64,000 bases of DNA from Octopus sinensis (lineage: Eukaryota), in the NCBI RefSeq assembly GCF_006345805.1, contig NC_043024.1:2852001-2916000 (forward strand). The letters are read 5' to 3'. Shown piece after piece: positions 56,070 through 64,000 of this stretch. Positions within the stretch are counted from its first letter, which is position 1. Each line of letters opens with the position of its first letter. A program made the translations under genes and the position numbers. Below the pieces are notes generated by a model. It was not told the DNA's origin, ran no database searches, and saw nothing but the letters and a program-made list of their open reading frames with translations.

Positions 56070-59000
56070 ATGTCTCATATTCGTGTAGGGTGTTTGAATG
56101 TGCGTGGCCTGATGCGGAGCTGGAAGCAAGGGCGCTTCCTAAATGACATCAGGTCACGGGATTTAGATGTTGTCGTTGCCACAGAAACCCGGTTAAAGGG
56201 GCCAAGAGATCTGCTCCCGCTGTTCGACGGTTACGAGAGTGTCATCTCTCCGAACCCGTCGGTCGGCGGAAGCGGGGTGTTGGTCCTGTGTAAAAAGAAC
56301 CGGGTCTCTGAGAAAAAGTTGATTTTTACGGATCTGGAAGGTAGGCTGGTCGTCGTTGAGTTGACGTTCAGTAGCCGTAAGACAATCAGGCTGGTTGCGG
56401 TTTACGCTCCCCCCGGTAAGGGGAAAAGTGATTATTATCGGAACCTGGAGAAGTTTCTGAGTACATCGTGCCCAGTAGTAATGTTAGGGGACTTCACCAC
56501 AATCTGCGATGTGCGGGTAGACTGTGAAGGCTCGCGAACAGACAGAAAAGGAAATACTTGCTTCCTGGATCTACTAAGACGTTTTGAGCTGGTAGATCCA
56601 TATAGACTGGAACATCCGGGCGCTCCACTGTGGACGTGGTCAAATAGCGACGGATCGGCAAAGTCGTATATAGACAGGATATTAATTAGGAAGGTAGATA
56701 AGAACCTAGTTAAGAGTCCACAACTCCATATAGTCAGCTACAGTGACCACAAGATGGTCACCTGTAGGCTAGACGTAGATAAGATAACTAGAGGTCCTGG
56801 TTACTGGAAACTTAATACGTCCCTTTTGGCGATTAAGGAGTACAGGGACAGGATTAGGTTAATAATCCAGAGGGCCATGACCGGCTCCATTTGTAACAAC
56901 AAATGGTGGTATGCCCTTAAGCGAGCCATAAAATATGAGTCCGTTAGATATAGTACTAATCTTGTAGCTAGAGAGGCTAGAAAGGTAACTACACTAGTTA
57001 AGGACTTAGAGGAAGCAATGCGAACTGGCAATGCGGACCAGGTGAAGGTCAAGAGACTGGTTCTTAACCAGCACCTCGAAGCCCAACACATGGGTTGCAT
57101 TGTCAGGGCTAGACAACGTACGATGGGGAGCGAAGGAATCAAGGCTGCAGGATGGGCCCGAGTGGTGGAAGCCCAACGTGGCAACGATGCTACAATTCGA
57201 TCTCTGGCGAACCAACAAGGTAAGTTGACAGACGAGCCCGAGGAGATGTGTCAAGCTTTTCAGGACCACTTCGCCCAGCTTTTCGGGGGGAGCGGCGGAC
57301 CGGATAGGGGGAGGGACCTTACGGACCTCCTCGAAGGGCTGCCGCGCCTCTCGGGGCAGGACGCGAAGTGTAGTGAGGAGCCGATCACACCTGGGGAGGT
57401 AATAGAGGCCATGGCGGACTGCGGTGCGGGTAAGGCGCCGGGACTGGATGGTCTACCCTACGAGCTTTATAAAAGTATGCCGGACTTGTTCGGGGACTTA
57501 CTGACGGGCGTCTACGCAAACTGGCAGCAGAATGGGTTTATCCCCAGATCTGTGCGCCGGGGAGTGGTGACGCTAATCAGGAAGGACCAGAGCAAGGGGG
57601 ACGTAATAGATAATTTCAGGCCCATCACTCTGCTTAACGCAGAGTTGAAGATTTTGGCCAAAGTGTTATCGAACAGATTGGCGCGTGTCGCGAATGGACT
57701 GATTGGGAAAGCGCAAACGTGCGCCGTACCGGGCAGAGCCATTCAGGATAATCTCCATCTTATTAGATACACGATAGAGGGAATAAATAACGATCCCGGC
57801 AAGGGAGGGGCAGTGGTCCATTTAGACCAGTCTAAAGCGTTCGATAGGGTCGACCATCACTACCTGGTGTCCGTTCTGGCTCAGTTCGGCCTAGGTCTTG
57901 GCTTCCTCAGGTGGATCATCGAAATGTATGACAACGCCGACTCGGTAGTTCAGGTGAACGGCTTTCTTTCTAAGCCGTTCAAGGTCAAACGCTCGGTTCG
58001 CCAGGGATGTCCGCTCTCCCCGCTTTTGTATGTAGTGGCCCTGGAGCCGCTGCTGCGAAGACTGAGCGGCATCCCGAGGCAACCAGGACGTGATATGTCG
58101 GTTTCGGCGTACGCGGATGACATCACTATCATCGTGACTGAAGTGGACCACCTACGTAAAGTAGGCAAGGCCATAGAGGTTTACGAGACGGTGACAGGAG
58201 CAAAAGTTAATCGTGAAAAGTCGGTCGGCTTGCAACTCGGCACCTGGAGAGGCAAGTCGATGCCTCCAGACAGCGTCGTGGGACGTTGGACGGAGGGCCC
58301 GATTAAGTTGCTCGGGGTTTGGTTCGGTCCGGACCTCCAAATAGAGAAGAACTGGAGCGAGGTATCGAGCAAGGTGGCTGCAATAGTCAAGATTTGGTCT
58401 TGGCGGTGGTTATCCTTGAAAGGTAGGGCGGAGGTGGCCAATGTGTTTATAGCATCGGTGATCACCTACCGCCTTGCCGTCGTGCCTTGCCCGGATTCGT
58501 GGTTGATCAAGTTGGAGAGACAGCTCTTTCGCTTCTTGTGGAAGGGCTCGAAACCGCTTGTGAGACGCTCTGTCTGCTGTCAAAAACCGTTACAGGGTGG
58601 ACTAGGGATGCCGTGGCTAATGATGCGCAGAAATGCGCTGAGGCTAAGGCACCTGTGGCTCCATCTGGGTAGTGAACGGGTGTGGTCTCCGCTGGCGAAA
58701 CAGATGTTCCCCAGGTTCACCAGTTTCGGTGGCCGGGAGGACTGGTATAATCGCAGATCGAAGTTGGGTACGTGGTATACGGAGTGTCGCAAGGCACTCC
58801 GACTATTCCGTCGCTCGGGTAATGCCTGCGGCAGTGGTTCTACCGCTGTGTTTTATAGAGGGTTTGTAGAGGCCGGTAACGATGATACGCTGGGGGAAGC
58901 CCTAGGTTTCGACGATAATCAGCTGGCCAGTCTGTTCCAACGTACATTCGGGCCGAAGACACTGGATAATTTCCAGAAGTCTTTGGCTTGGCAGTGCTAC

Positions 59001-59462
59001 CGAGGAGCCTTACCTGTTCGGGACAAGCTTGCAAGGCATGGTTGCCAAGTCAGCCCGACCTGTACGAGATGTGGGCAAGAACGGGAAACCGTCTCGCACG
59101 CGATCGTGCAGTGTTCGGGGGTGAAAGATATGTGGGATTGTGCCGAACAACTAATGTCAGGCGAACGAAGAGTACAGCTATCAGCCGAATCTATTGTAAA
59201 AATCAGCCCACCTGATTTCTTAACGAAAGAAGGTAAGTTTTGTTTTCTCGCCGTGGTTTCAACTGCGAAACAGGTAGTATGGAAGACAAGGATGAAAGGA
59301 ATGATAACAGGCGACTTCATCTCTGGTTCAAGTCTGGTGGAATATTTTAAATTCCACCTGAAAAGACACATAGAACTGGAGAGAAGGAGCCTGAGTAAGA
59401 AAGTGTTTGATGAAAGATGGAAAAATGTGGAGAGTAAAAGATCCCTCACAAATGTGAGATAG
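56070..59462 (+). CDS. Tx1 ORF2, uninterrupted 1130 aa (EN-RT-zinc finger)
   Basis: YADD intact; the endonuclease GDFN motif is changed to GDFT. Confidence 0.93.
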   Translation: MSHIRVGCLNVRGLMRSWKQGRFLNDIRSRDLDVVVATETRLKGPRDLLPLFDGYESVISPNPSVGGSGVLVLCKKNRVSEKKLIFTDLEGRLVVVELTFSSRKTIRLVAVYAPPGKGKSDYYRNLEKFLSTSCPVVMLGDFTTICDVRVDCEGSRTDRKGNTCFLDLLRRFELVDPYRLEHPGAPLWTWSNSDGSAKSYIDRILIRKVDKNLVKSPQLHIVSYSDHKMVTCRLDVDKITRGPGYWKLNTSLLAIKEYRDRIRLIIQRAMTGSICNNKWWYALKRAIKYESVRYSTNLVAREARKVTTLVKDLEEAMRTGNADQVKVKRLVLNQHLEAQHMGCIVRARQRTMGSEGIKAAGWARVVEAQRGNDATIRSLANQQGKLTDEPEEMCQAFQDHFAQLFGGSGGPDRGRDLTDLLEGLPRLSGQDAKCSEEPITPGEVIEAMADCGAGKAPGLDGLPYELYKSMPDLFGDLLTGVYANWQQNGFIPRSVRRGVVTLIRKDQSKGDVIDNFRPITLLNAELKILAKVLSNRLARVANGLIGKAQTCAVPGRAIQDNLHLIRYTIEGINNDPGKGGAVVHLDQSKAFDRVDHHYLVSVLAQFGLGLGFLRWIIEMYDNADSVVQVNGFLSKPFKVKRSVRQGCPLSPLLYVVALEPLLRRLSGIPRQPGRDMSVSAYADDITIIVTEVDHLRKVGKAIEVYETVTGAKVNREKSVGLQLGTWRGKSMPPDSVVGRWTEGPIKLLGVWFGPDLQIEKNWSEVSSKVAAIVKIWSWRWLSLKGRAEVANVFIASVITYRLAVVPCPDSWLIKLERQLFRFLWKGSKPLVRRSVCCQKPLQGGLGMPWLMMRRNALRLRHLWLHLGSERVWSPLAKQMFPRFTSFGGREDWYNRRSKLGTWYTECRKALRLFRRSGNACGSGSTAVFYRGFVEAGNDDTLGEALGFDDNQLASLFQRTFGPKTLDNFQKSLAWQCYRGALPVRDKLARHGCQVSPTCTRCGQERETVSHAIVQCSGVKDMWDCAEQLMSGERRVQLSAESIVKISPPDFLTKEGKFCFLAVVSTAKQVVWKTRMKGMITGDFISGSSLVEYFKFHLKRHIELERRSLSKKVFDERWKNVESKRSLTNVR

Positions 59463-59717
59463 GAAGAAAAAGGAAACCACAAGGCTAAGTGTCGTGGCGG
59501 GGAGCATGGGGTCGCGAACCCGCCCCACTGCATCTTGTAATTTTGTTAATTGTGTCTATTGTGTAACCATTCGATTTATTATTCATTTCCGATTTTTAAC
59601 CGACCCCAAATGTTCATAATTATTTTTTTCATCATTCGTGATTGTATGTGTTCTCTATGTCGCCCCTAGTGGGTAATAAAGAAATGGCATGGTTTGTCCG
59701 ATGTTACAGATATCGGA

Positions 59718-60012
59718 CGGGTATGTTTGATTCTTAGTATTTTCAAATCTAAATCAGAAGAAATCTCTGAGCTGATGAAGGAAAAGTGGCGTTTTACCCA
59801 CAAATCCAGAAACAGACTGTCCTCGGGTATCGTATATGGATGTGATCTTTCATTGTTTTTCCCTTATACCTATGTAAGTTATTTTCTGAGTATGCATTGT
59901 CTGGAGAGTTTTATTTGCAGTTGAAGAAATAGCCAAATTTTTGGCTGCCATTTCTGAAAAGTTCGGTGTGTGGTAAAGTGAATTTTTTTTACTTTACCAT
60001 ATTTTTATAAAT
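59718..60012 (-). mobile_element. Partial inverted MITE copy
   Basis: As 39431-39725. Confidence 0.88.
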
Positions 60013-60989
60013 ATATATGTATATATATATATATAGTTGTTCTACGTCCCCTGTCAAGGTAACAGCGTCACCCTTTTGCAATACCCTTAAAACCAAGCAC
60101 TTTTCAGCACCAGCCCCGCCACCCTACACACGAATTCACAAAAGAATTGTGAAAACCAGATCCATAAATACGAAGCACGTGGTTAAATGAAAAACGAAAT
60201 GTTTCTCTAATTTCAACCAATCAGATCCATCCATTCCCGACACTGCGGATACCGTCGCAACCGTTTCCTCTTCTTAATTTCCCCAACATCAATATTTGCA
60301 TTTCTTTTTTGATGTGGAAACCGAAGTGAAGCCCACTTGAACGAACCCACAGTCGAAAGTGTCTGAACCGTGAACGCCCTGTCACGTTTTTAGCTGCTAT
60401 TTCCAGCAGTTCGCTTACTGGTTCGTATATATTTTTATGTTCTGTTGTTGTTCTTGTTGCTGTTTAACCCCAGGTCGACTCATAGCAGGACTTTTATCGT
60501 AGATGTTCCTGCCGTGACTAGGAACGTGTTCAGACAGAGTGGGACCCCTACGATTTTGCTAATTCGAAGCAAAATAATGAAGAGGGTGCCATGAAATCTA
60601 AGGTTACAAAGTTTAAAAAGCCCTCGATAAATTCAAAGGGACTCAGTTAAAACGCATGGCTTTTTCAATCTAAAAGGGCCCATTATATTTAAAGAAGGTT
60701 GAATAATTTTAAAGGAACCTTTGAATTAAAAAAATTGCCAGGTTTAAAAAAAAATACAAATTATTTTGCTGTAAACATGGTTCGGGGTTCAGTTCCAGTG
60801 CGTGGCACCTTGGGCAAATGTCTTCTGCTATAGCCCCGGGCCGACCAAAGCTTGTGAGTGGATATGGTGGACGAAAACTGAAAGAAGCCCGTTGTATATA
60901 AATATGTGTGTGTGTGTGTGTCCAGTTACTGCTTGGCAACCGGTGTTGTGTTTACATCTCCGTAACGTAGCTGTTCAGGAAAAGGCATA

Positions 60990-61359
60990 GGAGTGGCTGT
61001 GTGGTAAGTAGCTTGCTTACCAACCACATGGTTCCGGGTTCAATCCCACCTCGTGACACCTTGGGCAAGTGTCTTCTAGTATAGCCTCGGGCCGACTAAA
61101 GCCTTGTGAGTGGATTTGGTAGATGGAAACTGAAAGAAGCCCGTCGTATATATATGTATGTGTGTGTCTGTGTTTGTCCCCCAACATCACTTGACAACCG
61201 ATGCTGGTGTGTTTACGTCCCCGTAAACTAGCGGTTCGGCAAAAGAGACCGATAGAATAAGTACTAGGCTTACATAGAATAAGCCCTGGTGTAGATATGC
61301 TCAACTAAAGGCGGTGCTCCAGCATGGCCACAGTCAAATGACTGAAACAAGTAAAAGAG
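60990..61359 (+). mobile_element. Full-length SINE-B
   Basis: As 15043-15456. Confidence 0.8.
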
Positions 61360-62043
61360 TATCTATAATTTATCTGTACAGAAATGTAGGAAATATTCGC
61401 TGTTGCCATTTCTACGGTTTAAATGTATTCTCTATCTTATATTATTTCTGTTGTTTCAGAATAATGGAATAATAGAATTGTTACAACAGAAACATCACCA
61501 GAATATATTCATCATCTTTTAAAGACTAAAGGAAGGAATTTTTATACAGAATTGATATAACCTCGTTTAATATGAAGCTGAGGTGAAATATTTCCTCTTG
61601 GGTGAGATTATAAACAACACTTCTCTGTGTTTGCTCTCTGGAACCTGTTCGAGATAATCTTGGATTCAATTTACAAAGGAGATTGCAACGTTTCCAAATT
61701 ACAGCAGAGATTACAGTTGATGGAAACGTAGCTGAAGGAATATTTGTCAGGAATGATTTATAACAACTAAACTAGAAGATATATATTTTGGTGAAAGAAG
61801 AAAAATTATTGAAGTCAAATGATGCAGAGAAGATAAAGGATTGATTTTTTTTTTTCCCCTGAAGAGTTGTCAAATAAGTGATGGAAATTATGTGACTGCA
61901 ATATCTGTAAAAATATCAGTCTCTCAGAGAAACATATTCATACAGAGGAACACCTTTATCACTGTGATATCTGTAGAAGCTTAAAGACCCAGAAACCTAT
62001 TCATACAGGAAAGAAATATCCATCTGTGTGATACGTGTTGTAA

Positions 62044-63938
<1,895 letters not shown>

Positions 63939-64000
63939 GTGAGAAACCATATAAGTGTGATATTTGTGGTAAATCTTTCCCTCATAGCGGTAACTTAAAT

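Larger units (their letters stand above)
54316..59684 (+). mobile_element. Full-length Tx1/L1-type retrotransposon, copy 2
   Basis: Same TSD at 54298-54315 and 59685-59702 and the same flanks as copy 1, so it was duplicated with the segment rather than inserted independently. Confidence 0.92.

Overview
This is AT-rich eukaryotic DNA, most likely from a coleoid cephalopod (Octopus-like). That is inferred from the effector-less [16 protein letters not shown] finger arrays, the SINE families and the long (TA)n tracts; no database was used. The window is a tandem array of a ~9-12 kb unit. Each unit has a (TA)n tract, a putative promoter and non-coding exon, an intron with SINEs, a single-exon poly-C2H2 zinc-finger ORF, a CR1/L2 relic, and a block of Helitron relic + RTE relic + MITE + fold-back SINE. 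The five ZNF copies are ZNF1 (21 repeats), ZNF2 (25), ZNF3 (24), ZNF4 (15, then split by an insertion) and ZNF5 (frameshifted and split by the same insertion). Bases 1-3352 are an inverted copy of the inter-gene block. Two near-identical full-length Tx1/L1-type retrotransposons with 18-bp TSDs lie between long-TIR DNA-element copies inserted in the (TA)n upstream of ZNF4 and ZNF5. Leading hypotheses: (1) the unit carries a Helitron head-to-tail CTAG|TC junction, so the ZNF gene could have been amplified as Helitron cargo; (2) the Tx1 3' end matches the 3' tail of the abundant SINE, suggesting a LINE-SINE partnership; (3) the finger arrays evolve like PRDM9-type minisatellites, with change concentrated at DNA-contact residues; (4) the arrays end at in-frame UAG codons in the linker with further fingers beyond, a possible A-to-I read-through switch. 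Caveat: some near-identical units could be uncollapsed haplotypes, and homopolymer indels could be assembly errors.
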